A stretch of DNA of 63,347 bases from Acidaminococcaceae bacterium (GTDB taxonomy: Bacteria; Bacillota; Negativicutes; Acidaminococcales; Acidaminococcaceae), in NCBI GenBank assembly GCA_051653445.1, contig JBOFWD010000154.1:1-63347 (forward strand), in the 5' to 3' direction. Below, one piece after another: positions 1 through 9,599 of this stretch. The notes below the pieces were generated by a model. It saw nothing but the letters and a program-made list of their open reading frames with translations. It was not told the origin of the DNA and made no database searches. The position numbers were made by a program, and so were the translations under genes. Within the stretch, counting starts at the first letter, position 1, and each line of letters opens with the position of its first letter.

Positions 1-175
1 ATAAGCTGTCCCGGCCGCTGCCGCAGCCCAAATCCAGAATATGCGCACCCTTTGGCAAGAGCGCGAGGAACTTTTGCTGCGTCTTTGACATATCTGCTGT
101 CAGCGTCGAAGCAATGAATTCTTCCGTATTTTTCGCATAGTAATTCAAAGTATTGTCCAAATCCCTCAACTCCAC
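1..175 (-). CDS. class I SAM-dependent methyltransferase, N-terminal part (gene runs off the window)
   Basis: Own minus-strand translation from GTG at 175: VELRDLDNTLNYYAKNTEEFIASTLTADMSKTQQKFLALLPKGAHILDLGCGSGRDS. ILDLGCGSGRD is SAM-binding motif I. Truncated, so absent from the ORF track. Confidence 0.55.
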   Translation of the reverse strand, partial: MELRDLDNTLNYYAKNTEEFIASTLTADMSKTQQKFLALLPKGAHILDLGCGSGRDSL

Positions 176-185
176 ATCTTCGCGT

Positions 186-1019
186 TCATTTCAGCTTGTT
201 CTTTTCAACTTCTCTTTCAATTTGTTTTATACTTTTTTCAGGTGTAGGCAAATCTTCCGGCATAGTACCGCCAAGCTCTTTAATAGTTTTTCTTACCTTT
301 GCCCCTACATCAAAATGAGCTTGATTTGCTTGTTCTTTACCGTGAATATTATCTCTACGCAATTTTTCTTCCGTTTGAGTAGCACGGAATAAGTTAGCTG
401 CTAATTCTGTGCTTCCCATGTGATCCAAAATCTTCTGGCTCTTTTTTAATCCTTTGTGCTCTTGAATTGCTTTCATATCCATGCCGCCATATAAACCCTT
501 ATAACCGTAATTCTGAAAAACTGCATATTCGACAGGTGCTTCAACACCTGCTTTTTTCGCTGCATCTGCCAGCGCTTTGTTGTGATTAACTATTTCATTT
601 CTGATTGCAAGACGCTTTTGTGCTTCGCTAAAACTATCATAGTTCTCTATTATCTCCTGCTGTCTTGTTTTAACAGCGAAATAAGTCTGACCCATAGCAA
701 TAATTTCTTTACGCGGATCACCGTTCATAACAATCAAATAACAGGCATATCTGGACAGCATAATATCATCAATTTCTTTATCGGCGACACCAGCGCGTAC
801 CATTTTCCTGACGTCAAGAAAATGGTCTTCAACCACATTAGAGCTATTTTTACAGGCCTCTTTTGCTTTGTCAATGACATTAACAAAGTTTTCCCATTTC
901 GTATACTCCAAAACTTTTTGAAGTTCTCTCGCATACCAATACTCTTCCCCGTCTTCATTTAAATACTTAATACTATCAAAAGTATCAGTATTGTACTTCA
1001 CAATATCACTCACAACCAA
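186..1019 (-). CDS. dinD: DNA-damage-inducible protein D (DinD family)
   Basis: 277 aa with a TTG start. Near-colinear with E. coli DinD as I recall it (blocks LSRYACYLIVMNGDP, GQTYFAVKTRQQE, ILDHMGSTELAANLFRATQTEEKL, GGTMPEDLPTP). Confidence 0.85.
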   Translation of the reverse strand: MVVSDIVKYNTDTFDSIKYLNEDGEEYWYARELQKVLEYTKWENFVNVIDKAKEACKNSSNVVEDHFLDVRKMVRAGVADKEIDDIMLSRYACYLIVMNGDPRKEIIAMGQTYFAVKTRQQEIIENYDSFSEAQKRLAIRNEIVNHNKALADAAKKAGVEAPVEYAVFQNYGYKGLYGGMDMKAIQEHKGLKKSQKILDHMGSTELAANLFRATQTEEKLRRDNIHGKEQANQAHFDVGAKVRKTIKELGGTMPEDLPTPEKSIKQIEREVEKNKLK

Positions 1020-1107
1020 GACCTCTTCTCATTATTATCATTATGATCCTACTTTATTATTATAGTTCCAAAGCTATCAATGTGACAATTCAGGACCGTC
1101 CCCAAGC

Positions 1108-1719
1108 TTAGAAATCGAGTCCGTATCTCTTCGCCGCCTCAATGGCACCGAGCTTATGAAAATCATACCATTGTTTTATCGCTTGTTCAGAATCCAGCTG
1201 AAGTCTGGTAAAAACTAACTTAGCAAATTCAAGCGTTGCTGTACCGTTGGCCGTTATAATATTGCCATCTGCCACTGCAGGTTCATTAAGATAATTTTGC
1301 GCATTGGTATATTCATTAGCAGCATATATTTTTAAGTCTTTTAAACTATTGGAAGTATGCTGCACATGATTGAGGAACCCATGCTTTGCCAAGAAGGCAG
1401 AAGCATCGCAAATGCCGCCGACAAGCTTATTATTCTGCAAAGTTGTCTTAACCAAAGGAACTATTTGCTCCGCAATCGGTTCTCGCCAACTGGTGCCACC
1501 GATCAGAATAAGAGCCTCATACTCTGCAGGCAACGATTCCAAAGAATAATCCGGCAAAACCGTCAAGCCGCCGATAGAACGAACAGCCTCGCCAGATACA
1601 CCGACAGTTTTTATACAATAAGGATTGCTCTCCTTGTCACTATTTAATTCTGCAGCAACATAACCGACTTCCCAATCGGCGAAATTACTTAATAAGAATA
1701 CTAATACGGTCTTTTTCAT
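1108..1719 (-). CDS. DJ-1/PfpI family (class I glutamine amidotransferase-like) protein
   Basis: 203 aa. Nucleophile-elbow-like GGICDAS. Overall pattern of DJ-1/PfpI proteins (LILIGG, ITANGTA). Confidence 0.75.
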   Translation of the reverse strand: MKKTVLVFLLSNFADWEVGYVAAELNSDKESNPYCIKTVGVSGEAVRSIGGLTVLPDYSLESLPAEYEALILIGGTSWREPIAEQIVPLVKTTLQNNKLVGGICDASAFLAKHGFLNHVQHTSNSLKDLKIYAANEYTNAQNYLNEPAVADGNIITANGTATLEFAKLVFTRLQLDSEQAIKQWYDFHKLGAIEAAKRYGLDF

Positions 1720-1920
1720 AATTTTCTCCCTCTATTCTGATTCTGTTCATGCTTAATTTCTCCCTGCTATCAGATTTGTAAGACATCGATCGGCCATATA
1801 CATTCGTGACGAAAAGAACACAAGGGACGGCCCGAATGCTTCAAAAAACAGCCCCTGTTTCTAACTAAAGTTCTATTTTCTCAACATATATTTTCTTTAA
1901 TCTACAGATGTCATATTTTT

Positions 1921-3090
1921 TTAAACTTTTTCTTTTATATACGCAGCAATGTTGTCGAAATCGCAAAAAATAGATTTGCGATTTATACCAATAAAATCTA
2001 ATTCTTTTAATACTTTATTCTTGTTTTCCACCACGATAATTATATCTGGCCATATTCTTTGTTGAGCAAGTACAGGCAAATTATACACGCCATCATTAAA
2101 AGATAGAAATGCTTGATAAAGGAAAAGACTTTCCTGATTTCGCCCTCTTTCAAATGGTAGAATTGGTGAATATAAAAAATTAGGAATACAATTAAGCCAA
2201 TATATTGGCAAAGTAGCTTCTAGAATTTGTTTTAAAAAAACCTGCAAATACAAAGTATATTCTAATACTATCCAATCCACTTCGCCTACTTCTTGTGTAA
2301 TTTCCTCTATAATAACGTTAGCTTCATCTGTAAGGAAATTTTTCAAAAAATTTAAAGCTTCAAACATATATTCACCATCCTTATAAGCTGGAAAATTTTT
2401 TTTAAACAGTACGTTAGAAGAATCCTTATCGAAATTATAGTGCCAGCCTTCATTTAAGTTCTTGAAATATGAATAAAATTCATACGGATACGCTTCATTA
2501 TATTTGCAAAAACAATAGTAAAAATCCTTTACCGTATTGTTTCTATTATATATATATTGTTCAAGGATATTTTTATCTTCATTTTTACCTACTATATCTG
2601 TGATATCAATAAACTTATTGCGTACAATATTGACAAAACCTCTCTCTTCATCTAAATCCTTGTTTTCACTATTATTGCATGGCATACACGCAAAATATAA
2701 TGCAATTAGTGGTGATTTTGTAAAATCGATTAAGTTGGTCGGTATCCCGTAATGCTGCGCAAAAGCCAGAAAAACAGCGCGCTCATCCTGATTTAACTTA
2801 TGCCATACTTCCCTTTTAAATTCGTCTTTCATTTTTATAAAAGGATATTCTGAACTTGGTGCTTTAAAACTACCATTATATTTTCTCAATGCAACTGACA
2901 CAGTTTCATAATAATTAGTTGGTTCCCCTCTAAAAAAGCACCCAAAAAACTGCCCATTCGCAAATAATCGTATATAATCAGATAAACTGCTTATTTTGAT
3001 TTCTTTTGGAACAGCTAACCCTTTTAATTTTCTCTTTGAATATCGCAATTGATCATCCCCTTTAAAACAATTACTTTTTAAACTTCCCAA
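1921..3090 (-). CDS. FRG domain-containing protein
   Basis: 389 aa with FFRGEPTNY and HYGIPTNLIDFTKSPLIALYFA motifs. C-terminal ERGRNQESLFLYQ and IIVVENKNKVLKELDFIGINRKSIF match typical FRG family ends. Gene is visibly AT-rich. Start is uncertain: TTG at 3090, or TTG at 3048 preceded by AAAGGGGA. Confidence 0.7.
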   Translation of the reverse strand: MGSLKSNCFKGDDQLRYSKRKLKGLAVPKEIKISSLSDYIRLFANGQFFGCFFRGEPTNYYETVSVALRKYNGSFKAPSSEYPFIKMKDEFKREVWHKLNQDERAVFLAFAQHYGIPTNLIDFTKSPLIALYFACMPCNNSENKDLDEERGFVNIVRNKFIDITDIVGKNEDKNILEQYIYNRNNTVKDFYYCFCKYNEAYPYEFYSYFKNLNEGWHYNFDKDSSNVLFKKNFPAYKDGEYMFEALNFLKNFLTDEANVIIEEITQEVGEVDWIVLEYTLYLQVFLKQILEATLPIYWLNCIPNFLYSPILPFERGRNQESLFLYQAFLSFNDGVYNLPVLAQQRIWPDIIIVVENKNKVLKELDFIGINRKSIFCDFDNIAAYIKEKV

Positions 3091-3420
3091 TTTCTTTCTA
3101 TTAATAATTATTAACTTTGCCGTGTTAATACCCTTTAATCCGCGCTATGAAACTCTGCTCAAAGCACTTCCGTGAAACAACTTATCTTCCAAAAATTTCG
3201 CCGTTAATTCTGGTTTTCCTGCGAAAAATTTTGAATTTGCTGAACTTGTCCGTTTTTTACCATGTTTATTGCTTTTTTACTAAATCAAACATTACTATAG
3301 GTTATATTATTATATAGCGTTAATATTCCAACATTATTTTTTACAGAATATTCCTCAAAATTCACAAAGGTGCTATTATATAGGTGAATAGACTTTACTT
3401 GCTTCAAGGAGGCGTTACCA

Positions 3421-3792
3421 ATGGGAAAATTTCTTGTCAAGAATGCTGCAAATGGCTTTAAATTTGGTTTGATAGTTGCTAATGATGAAATCATTTTAAA
3501 CTCGGAAATTTATTCCTCGGAAGCTGCCTGCCTTGCCGGGATAGAGAGTGTGAAAAAAAATGCCCTCATCGCCAAGATCGAAGATCAGACGGTTGAGGGG
3601 CATAAGGTATTATCGAATCCGAAATATGAGATTTTCAAAGATAAAAAAGGTATGCTGCGCTTCCATCTGAAAGCGCGTAATGGTGAAATTATAGCGGCTT
3701 CGGAAAGCTATGCGAAGATGGAAAATTGTCTGATGGGCATTGAAATCATCCGCAAATATGCTCTTGATGCCCGCATCGTGAAAGAAACCTAG
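3421..3792 (+). CDS. yegP: YegP family protein (tandem DUF1508 repeats)
   Basis: 123 aa with two internal repeats (FKFGLIVANDEIILNSEIYSSEAACLAGIESVKKNA and LRFHLKARNGEIIAASESYAKMENCLMGIEIIRKYA). RBS aaggagg upstream. Confidence 0.8.
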   Translation: MGKFLVKNAANGFKFGLIVANDEIILNSEIYSSEAACLAGIESVKKNALIAKIEDQTVEGHKVLSNPKYEIFKDKKGMLRFHLKARNGEIIAASESYAKMENCLMGIEIIRKYALDARIVKET

Positions 3793-3814
3793 TAATTCCC
3801 GCCCCTAACGCTTG

Positions 3815-3856
3815 GCAGCCCGGGCCACACTCATGTGTGGTCCGGGCTGCTTTTAT
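3815..3856 (+). terminator. intrinsic terminator after yegP (hairpin shared with convergent ftsH)
   Basis: gcagcccgggccacac-tcat-gtgtggtccgggctgc followed by tttt. Confidence 0.75.
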
Positions 3857-3876
3857 TCTTAAATGTATCTCTGCTG

Positions 3877-5754
3877 TTAAACAGTCGGCTCTGCTTCGGC
3901 TGTCGCTGCTGCAACAGCGACGTCTGCGTCTTCTTGCGGCTTGCCGTTCAGAATTTCCATAAATTCAGCGCCGGTGATTGTTTCTTTTTCCAGCAGGAAA
4001 GCTGACAGTTCGTGCAGTTTTTCTTTGTTGGTTTCCAATATATCTCTGGCTTTCGCATGTGCTGCCTTGATGATGGCAAGGACTTCAGCGTCAATTTTCG
4101 TTGAAGTTTCTGCGGAGCAGATCAGGGAAGCATCGCCGCCGAGGTATTGGTTGTTGATGGTTTCGAGTGCCATCATGTCGAATTCTTCACTCATGCCGAG
4201 ACGGGCTACCATGGCGCGTGCCATACGTGTTGCCTGCTCGATATCATTGGAGGCACCACTTGTAACGGTACCGAAAATCACTTCTTCGGCTGTACGACCG
4301 CCGGTCAAAGTCGCAATCTTGTTGAAGGCTTCTTCCTTAGTCAGGAGAACGGATTCTTCTTCCGCTACCTGCATCGTGTACCCAAGCGCACCGGAAGTAC
4401 GGGGTATGATAGTAATTTTATGTACCGGCGCCGACTCTGATTGCTTAGCGGCAACGAGGGCGTGTCCTATTTCGTGGTAGGCGATAATTTTCTTTTCTTT
4501 CGGGGAAATGACAGCGCCTTTACGTTGGTAACCGGCTATAACGACTTCCACCGATTCTTCAAGGTCACTCTGGATGACATATTCACGGCCCAGCTTCACC
4601 GCACGCAGGGCTGCTTCGTTGACGATATTAGCCAGTTCGGCACCGGAAGCGCCGCTGGTAGCACGGGCAATCGCATTGAAATCAATGTCATTACCCATCT
4701 TGATGTTGACTGAATGCACGGTCAGGATCGCTTCACGGCCTTTCAGGTCAGGCAATTCTACCGGGATGCGGCGGTCGAAACGGCCTGGACGCAGGAGTGC
4801 TTTATCCAGTGTTTCCGGCCTGTTGGTCGCGGCCAGAATGACAACGCCCTTGCTGCCGTCGAAACCGTCCATTTCGGACAGCAATTGGTTCAGCGTCTGT
4901 TCTCTTTCGTCGTTGCCGCCGAATTGGCCGCTGTTACGTTTCTGGCCAATCGCATCAATTTCGTCGATAAAGACGATACAAGGTGCTTTTTCCTGTGCTT
5001 GCTTGAAGAGATCACGCACGCGCGCCGCGCCCATACCGACGAACATCTCGATAAATTCTGAACCGGAAATCGAGAAGAAAGGCACCTTCGCTTCGCCTGC
5101 TACTGCTTTGGCTAGCAGTGTCTTACCGGTACCGGGAGGTCCTACGAGCAAAGCTCCCTTCGGCATATTGGCACCGATTTTTTTGTATTTGTCCGGATTA
5201 TGCAGAAAGTCGACTATTTCATTTAAGGCTTCTTTTGCTTCGTCCTGCCCGGCGACATCGGCAAAACTTTTTCCGGTCTGGGCTTCCACATAGACCTTGG
5301 CGTTGCTTTTGCCGAAACTCATCGCATTGCCGCCGCCCAACTTATTGCCCATGAACCGCATGAACAACTGGCCTATGATAAAGAAAAATAGTATCGGCAG
5401 TATCCAGTTGGTAATGAAGTTGGTAATCGGTGAATTTTCCTTCGGAATTACCTGCGAAAATTCCACCTTGCTCTTCACCAGACGGTTGACCAGCTCGGGG
5501 TCCTCGACACGTCCTGTAACGTAAATAGTTTTATCGGCATCGTCTTTGGCGACTACCGCAATTTTCGTCGAAGTTATCTCAACCTTGGATACCTGCCCGT
5601 CATCAACCTTCTGCAAGAAATTACCGTAGGAAATCTCCTTGACCTTCGGGCTGAAGAACATCGGCATGATTACCGAGTTAAAAACAAAAATTATCAAAAT
5701 AGCTACCATATAATAATAAATTAATGGTTTTTTCGGGTTCTTTTTTTCACCCAT
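3877..5754 (-). CDS. ftsH: ATP-dependent zinc metalloprotease FtsH
   Basis: 625 aa. N-terminal TM helices, Walker A GPPGTGKT, zinc motif HEIGHA. Confidence 0.97.
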   Translation of the reverse strand: MGEKKNPKKPLIYYYMVAILIIFVFNSVIMPMFFSPKVKEISYGNFLQKVDDGQVSKVEITSTKIAVVAKDDADKTIYVTGRVEDPELVNRLVKSKVEFSQVIPKENSPITNFITNWILPILFFFIIGQLFMRFMGNKLGGGNAMSFGKSNAKVYVEAQTGKSFADVAGQDEAKEALNEIVDFLHNPDKYKKIGANMPKGALLVGPPGTGKTLLAKAVAGEAKVPFFSISGSEFIEMFVGMGAARVRDLFKQAQEKAPCIVFIDEIDAIGQKRNSGQFGGNDEREQTLNQLLSEMDGFDGSKGVVILAATNRPETLDKALLRPGRFDRRIPVELPDLKGREAILTVHSVNIKMGNDIDFNAIARATSGASGAELANIVNEAALRAVKLGREYVIQSDLEESVEVVIAGYQRKGAVISPKEKKIIAYHEIGHALVAAKQSESAPVHKITIIPRTSGALGYTMQVAEEESVLLTKEEAFNKIATLTGGRTAEEVIFGTVTSGASNDIEQATRMARAMVARLGMSEEFDMMALETINNQYLGGDASLICSAETSTKIDAEVLAIIKAAHAKARDILETNKEKLHELSAFLLEKETITGAEFMEILNGKPQEDADVAVAAATAEAEPTV

Positions 5755-5865
5755 CTGAACAATCCCTCTTCTTTCTTGAACCTAAAATGTAATTATTCGT
5801 TAATAGAATTAACAGTTACATAATACTTCTATTTCATTATTTACACAAGCAAAAATTGCGTGAAC

Positions 5866-5907
5866 AAATAAAAATGCATCCCTCTGCTCTGATGAGCAGA
5901 GGGATGC
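5866..5907 (-). terminator. intrinsic terminator after panD
   Basis: Minus strand gcatccctctgctc-atca-gagcagagggatgc followed by a T-run. Confidence 0.8.
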
Positions 5908-5924
5908 GGGCATTACGGAATCTA

Positions 5925-6308
5925 TCAGCCTATTTCGCCGGCAAGTTCTGTTCCGCGGACCTTCAGCGGGCGGTTGTTATCATCTACCATAACTACTTTC
6001 GGCACACAGGCTTGTGCTTCTTCCGGTGTCATCATCGCGTAAGCAATGATGATTACTTTGTCACCGACAGTAACTTTGCGCGCAGCGGCACCATTCAGGC
6101 AGATAACGCCGGAATCAGCTTCGCCCTCGATGACATAAGTCTCCAGACGAGCGCCGTTGTTATTGTCGACGATCTGCACGCGTTCACCCGGCAGGATGCC
6201 TGCGAGTTTCATCAGGGTCGAGTCAATCGTAACCGAACCCATATATTCGAGATTGGCCTCCGTAACGGTGGCTCTGTGGATTTTGCCGTGGAACATGTTG
6301 TAAAGCAT
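5925..6308 (-). CDS. panD: aspartate 1-decarboxylase
   Basis: 127 aa. [29 protein letters not shown] with the Gly-Ser self-cleavage site. Confidence 0.95.
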   Translation of the reverse strand: MLYNMFHGKIHRATVTEANLEYMGSVTIDSTLMKLAGILPGERVQIVDNNNGARLETYVIEGEADSGVICLNGAAARKVTVGDKVIIIAYAMMTPEEAQACVPKVVMVDDNNRPLKVRGTELAGEIG

Positions 6309-7162
6309 TATTTTACCTCCAAAATTGTATTGTCTATTAGTCTTGTTGTACCGAATCTGACTGCCAAAGCCAAGAGATTTTCTCCCTGCATCGGCGCTTG
6401 AGCTGCGTTCAGGTCAGGCATTTGATAAATTTCCACATAATCGATGTCTGCCATCGGTTCTGTTTTGATCATCGCGGTTGTTGCCGCCACCAGCACCTGA
6501 GGATTGCGCTCACCGGCAGCAAAGAGTTCCTGCGCATGTTGCAGACTCTTCGACAGAATCAAGCCTGCCTGGCGTTCCTCAGCAGATAGGTAAGTGTTGC
6601 GGGAGCTTTTGGCGAGACCGTCGGCTTCACGCACAATCGGCATGATTCTCAGCTGCAGGTTGAAGAACAAATCTTTGACCATGCGCTGCAAAACTTGTAC
6701 CTGCTGGGCATCCTTCTGCCCGAAATATGCTCTGTCGGGCTGGGCCAGATTGAAGAGCTTGCTGACCACTGTCGTCACCCCGCGGAAATGAATCGGCCTT
6801 GACCTGCCGCACAACACTTTGGTAACTTCGCCGGTCACTTCGACCCAAGTCATATCTTCGCTGGGGTACATCTCTTTAGGTGATGGCGCAAAGACGATAT
6901 CGGCTCCCTGTGCTTCAGCGAGTTTGCAGTCGGCGTCAAGCGTACGCGGATAGCTGTCGAGGTCTTCAGTCGGTCCGAACTGGGTCGGATTAACAAAAAC
7001 GCTGACCACGACAACATCGTTTTCTCTGTGGGCCGCTTCAATCAAGGACGCATGTCCTTCATGCAGGGCTCCCATGGTAGGTACGAGGCCTATGGTTTTA
7101 CCTGCGGCTTTGGCGCGGGCGATTGCACTTCTGAGTTCTGCCACTGTTTTACATAAAATCAT
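6308..7162 (-). CDS. panC: pantoate--beta-alanine ligase
   Basis: 284 aa. [10 protein letters not shown] motif. Start/stop overlap with panD. Confidence 0.95.
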   Translation of the reverse strand: MILCKTVAELRSAIARAKAAGKTIGLVPTMGALHEGHASLIEAAHRENDVVVVSVFVNPTQFGPTEDLDSYPRTLDADCKLAEAQGADIVFAPSPKEMYPSEDMTWVEVTGEVTKVLCGRSRPIHFRGVTTVVSKLFNLAQPDRAYFGQKDAQQVQVLQRMVKDLFFNLQLRIMPIVREADGLAKSSRNTYLSAEERQAGLILSKSLQHAQELFAAGERNPQVLVAATTAMIKTEPMADIDYVEIYQMPDLNAAQAPMQGENLLALAVRFGTTRLIDNTILEVK

Positions 7163-7182
7163 CTTGGGTCTCCTCTTACTTA

Positions 7183-8019
7183 TCAGTATAGTTTTTCCAG
7201 TACTTCGTCATCTATTTTGAAGGTATGTTCAGGTGCCGGGAAACTGCGGTCGCGCACATCGCTGATGTATTCGGATACGGCCCCGACGATTTCCTGATGC
7301 AGGTTGCGGTATTTCTTTACGAATTTGGGCGTAAATCCATTGCTGACACCCAAAAGGTCGTTGCAGACCAGTACCTGTCCGTCGCAGCCATTGCCGGCGC
7401 CAATGCCGATGGTCGGGATGGAAATCGCTTCGCTTACTTTAGCCGCCAGCGCTGCCGGCACACATTCTAAGACGATGCTGAAGGCACCTGCTGCTTCCAA
7501 AGCTTTGGCATCATCCACAAGTTTTTGCGCTGCCGCAATGTCCTTGCCCTGTACCTTGAAGCCGCCGAACTGATTGACGGACTGCGGTGTCAGACCGATA
7601 TGACCCATGACCGGAATGCCGGCCTTAACCATTTTCTTCACCAGCTGGCTTACTTCGCTGCCGCCCTCAAGTTTAATTGCGGTACAGCCGCCTTCTTTCA
7701 GAAAGCGTCCGGCATTCATCAGCCCTTCTGCTTCGCTTGCCTGATAACTCATGAAAGGCATGTCACCTACGACAAGGGCGTATTTAGTGCCACGTACGAC
7801 CGCCTGCGTATGATGAATCATTGCGTCCATCGTCACCGGAATCGTCGAACTGTAGCCGAGCATTACGTTACCAACAGAATCTCCGACCAAAATCATGTCG
7901 ATGCCTGCCTCATCCACGTTACGCGCCATAGCGTAATCATAAGCCGTAATCATGGTGATTGGCCTGCCCTCTTCCTTCATTTGTCTGATCGTGCTGGTAG
8001 TAAGCGGTTTTCTTTCCAT
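7183..8019 (-). CDS. panB: 3-methyl-2-oxobutanoate hydroxymethyltransferase
   Basis: 278 aa. [18 protein letters not shown] and KLEGG blocks typical of PanB. Confidence 0.95.
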   Translation of the reverse strand: MERKPLTTSTIRQMKEEGRPITMITAYDYAMARNVDEAGIDMILVGDSVGNVMLGYSSTIPVTMDAMIHHTQAVVRGTKYALVVGDMPFMSYQASEAEGLMNAGRFLKEGGCTAIKLEGGSEVSQLVKKMVKAGIPVMGHIGLTPQSVNQFGGFKVQGKDIAAAQKLVDDAKALEAAGAFSIVLECVPAALAAKVSEAISIPTIGIGAGNGCDGQVLVCNDLLGVSNGFTPKFVKKYRNLHQEIVGAVSEYISDVRDRSFPAPEHTFKIDDEVLEKLY

Positions 8020-8059
8020 TTTTTATTTGAACCTCCTCAATACTTTTTGCTTGAATGTT

Positions 8060-8920
8060 CTATTGCAGCGCACTTGCGAGTGCTTCTGCCTGCTGACCGT
8101 CAATGGTGCCGTTGGCACGGGCCAGACAAATTGTTTCTTTGCCAAGTGCTTTATAAACTTCCGCGATTCTGGGCGGTAAAACTGCCAGATGCGCTTTCAC
8201 CGTATTGATGTCGCCGCGGGCAATGGGCCCTGTCAACGCTTCACGCGCCAGTTTGCTTTGATGCAGATTGCGTGCTGTACCGTCAAAGAGTGCCAGTAAA
8301 GCTGCTAACCCAGCTTCCGGTGTCGGCGTCCATTTACTCATCAATTCCTGGGCTACAGCCATCGCTGCCACCACATAATTAGATGCAAAACAAGCTGCCG
8401 CATGGTAGGCCTTGCGCTCTGCTGCCGGCACTGTGAAAACCTGTGCTCCGAGCAGCGCAGCGATTGCCTGCCCTGTCGCTTGGGCCTCAGATGTACCGTC
8501 TATTGCCATATAGATGCCCTCAAACGAAACATCTGCGGAAGCAAAACTTTGCAAAGGATGAAGGCTGCCGATATCCGCTCCGGCTTCTGCCAGCGGCAAC
8601 AATTCTTCCAGCCCCAAAGAACCGCTGCAGTGAAAGAATGTTTTTCCCTGCATAGCGTGTTCACCCTGTTTGCTGAAAGCCTGCGCGAGCTCGCCGGCAA
8701 CTTCTCCAACCGCCCTGTCCGGCACGGTCAGAAACAACACGTCAGAGTTTGCTGCCAATTCTTCATTGCTTGCAAAACCCTTTACTTGGAATTTTGCTGT
8801 TGCTACTAACGTATCGGCCTCCGTGCCTGCTGTCAGGCCAACAACATTTACGCCAGCTTCATGCAGGCTTTTACATAAGGCTCCTCCGACTTTGCCTGCG
8901 CCGATAATACCTATTCTCAT
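8060..8920 (-). CDS. Rossmann-like/DUF2520 protein, candidate ketopantoate reductase of the pan operon
   Basis: 286 aa. N-terminal dinucleotide fold IGIIGAGKVG. First gene of the panBCD operon. Architecture matches Rossmann+DUF2520 proteins commonly found in pan operons. Confidence 0.65.
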   Translation of the reverse strand: MRIGIIGAGKVGGALCKSLHEAGVNVVGLTAGTEADTLVATAKFQVKGFASNEELAANSDVLFLTVPDRAVGEVAGELAQAFSKQGEHAMQGKTFFHCSGSLGLEELLPLAEAGADIGSLHPLQSFASADVSFEGIYMAIDGTSEAQATGQAIAALLGAQVFTVPAAERKAYHAAACFASNYVVAAMAVAQELMSKWTPTPEAGLAALLALFDGTARNLHQSKLAREALTGPIARGDINTVKAHLAVLPPRIAEVYKALGKETICLARANGTIDGQQAEALASALQ

Positions 8921-8946
8921 CGAGCACCTCCCTTATCGCCGGACAC

Positions 8947-8974
8947 AAAAAAACGCACCCCAGCCGGAGTGCGT
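8947..8974 (-). terminator. intrinsic terminator inside the pan operon leader (attenuator)
   Basis: Minus strand acgcactcc-ggct-ggggtgcgt followed by ttttttt. Lies about 25 nt upstream of the RBS aagggaggtg and the start codon at 8920. Confidence 0.75.
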
Positions 8975-9065
8975 AGTTAAACAAATGTTATTGTGTCTAC
9001 GTCCCGGTCTTAAAGATCCAAGCGATATTGACATATTTTCTTTATGTTGATCAGTTTTCCGTTTT

Positions 9066-9093
9066 GCGGTGAAGCGCCGAAGCTGCCTCCCGC
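9066..9093 (-). ncRNA. pan-motif-like hairpin (13-bp stem, UUCG loop, one bulged A on each strand)
   Basis: Minus-strand RNA gcgggaggc-A-gc-uucg-gcgcuuc-A-ccgc. The location in the 5' leader of a panBCD operon and the two bulged adenosines match the published description of the pan motif. Confidence 0.5.
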
Positions 9094-9119
9094 CGGTACT
9101 TGCTAACCAACGCAGGTAA

Positions 9120-9148
9120 ATAATACCATACTAATTTTCGGATTGCAA
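9120..9148 (-). promoter_or_regulatory. sigma-A-type promoter of the pan operon
   Basis: Minus strand TTGCAA-17 nt-TATTAT, with TG one base upstream of the -10 (extended -10). Confidence 0.55.
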
Positions 9149-9327
9149 GAAAAATGTTAATGCTGAAAAATACTATTATTTACAGGTAATGTATTTTAAA
9201 AACGTAGGAGTATGCAACATTCTAATAGCATAACTTCCCAGGTTTTAATGTTTGGTATTTTGTCCCTTGTAGTATTACGCACTGAAATATATAATGAAGA
9301 AAATATGATATGGTGAGGTGTTTAGCT

Positions 9328-9534
9328 ATGCCCTTTGTTAACATCAAAATAACCAAAGAAGGCGATGTCACCCCTGAAAAGAAAGCCGCACTCATTAAGG
9401 GAGCTACTCAGCTTCTGGTCGATGTCCTCGGCAAAAATCCTGCCACCACTGTCGTCATCATCGAAGAAGTTGAGACAGACAATTGGGGTCTAGGCGGTGA
9501 AAGCGTAACTTCCCGTCGCAAGGCAAGCAAATAG
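9328..9534 (+). CDS. 4-oxalocrotonate tautomerase family enzyme
   Basis: MPFVNIKITKEG... with catalytic Pro after Met. RBS gaggtg lies 7 nt upstream of ATG 9328. The track start at 9310 would bury Pro-1. Confidence 0.85.
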   Translation: MPFVNIKITKEGDVTPEKKAALIKGATQLLVDVLGKNPATTVVIIEEVETDNWGLGGESVTSRRKASK

Positions 9535-9543
9535 CAAGAAAAA

Positions 9544-9580
9544 AAGTTGGTCCACTAAAAAGTGAACCAACCTTTTTTCT
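9544..9580 (+). terminator. intrinsic terminator after the tautomerase gene
   Basis: gttggtccac-taaaaa-gtgaaccaac (one mismatch) followed by tttttt. Confidence 0.7.
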
Positions 9581-9599
9581 TTATATGCATAACAACCAA

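Noticed and set aside
1020-1107. LexA (Cheo box GAAC-N4-GTTC) operator upstream of dinD
   Set aside because: I searched the spacer on both strands. Only an isolated gttcc is present, so there is no operator-like dyad.
3285-3494. 69-aa minus-strand ORF overlapping the yegP start
   Set aside because: It overlaps the yegP RBS and start, and has no RBS or motif.
4574-5293. 239-aa plus-strand ORF (and several shorter ones between 3941 and 5524) inside ftsH
   Set aside because: It lies antisense to an unambiguous, motif-complete ftsH. The composition is Ser/Arg/Ala/Pro-rich, typical of a shadow frame, and there is no RBS.
5856-6401. 181-aa plus-strand ORF opposite panD/panC
   Set aside because: It is antisense to genes with diagnostic motifs and begins inside the panD terminator hairpin.
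7525-8208. 227-aa plus-strand ORF overlapping panB and the DUF2520 gene
   Set aside because: It is a shadow frame opposite two well-supported genes. It crosses an intergenic gap and has no recognisable motif.
9310-9327. Upstream ATG given by the ORF track for the tautomerase gene
   Set aside because: The family requires an N-terminal proline after Met removal. ATG 9328 gives MPFV... and has a properly spaced RBS that lies inside the extension.
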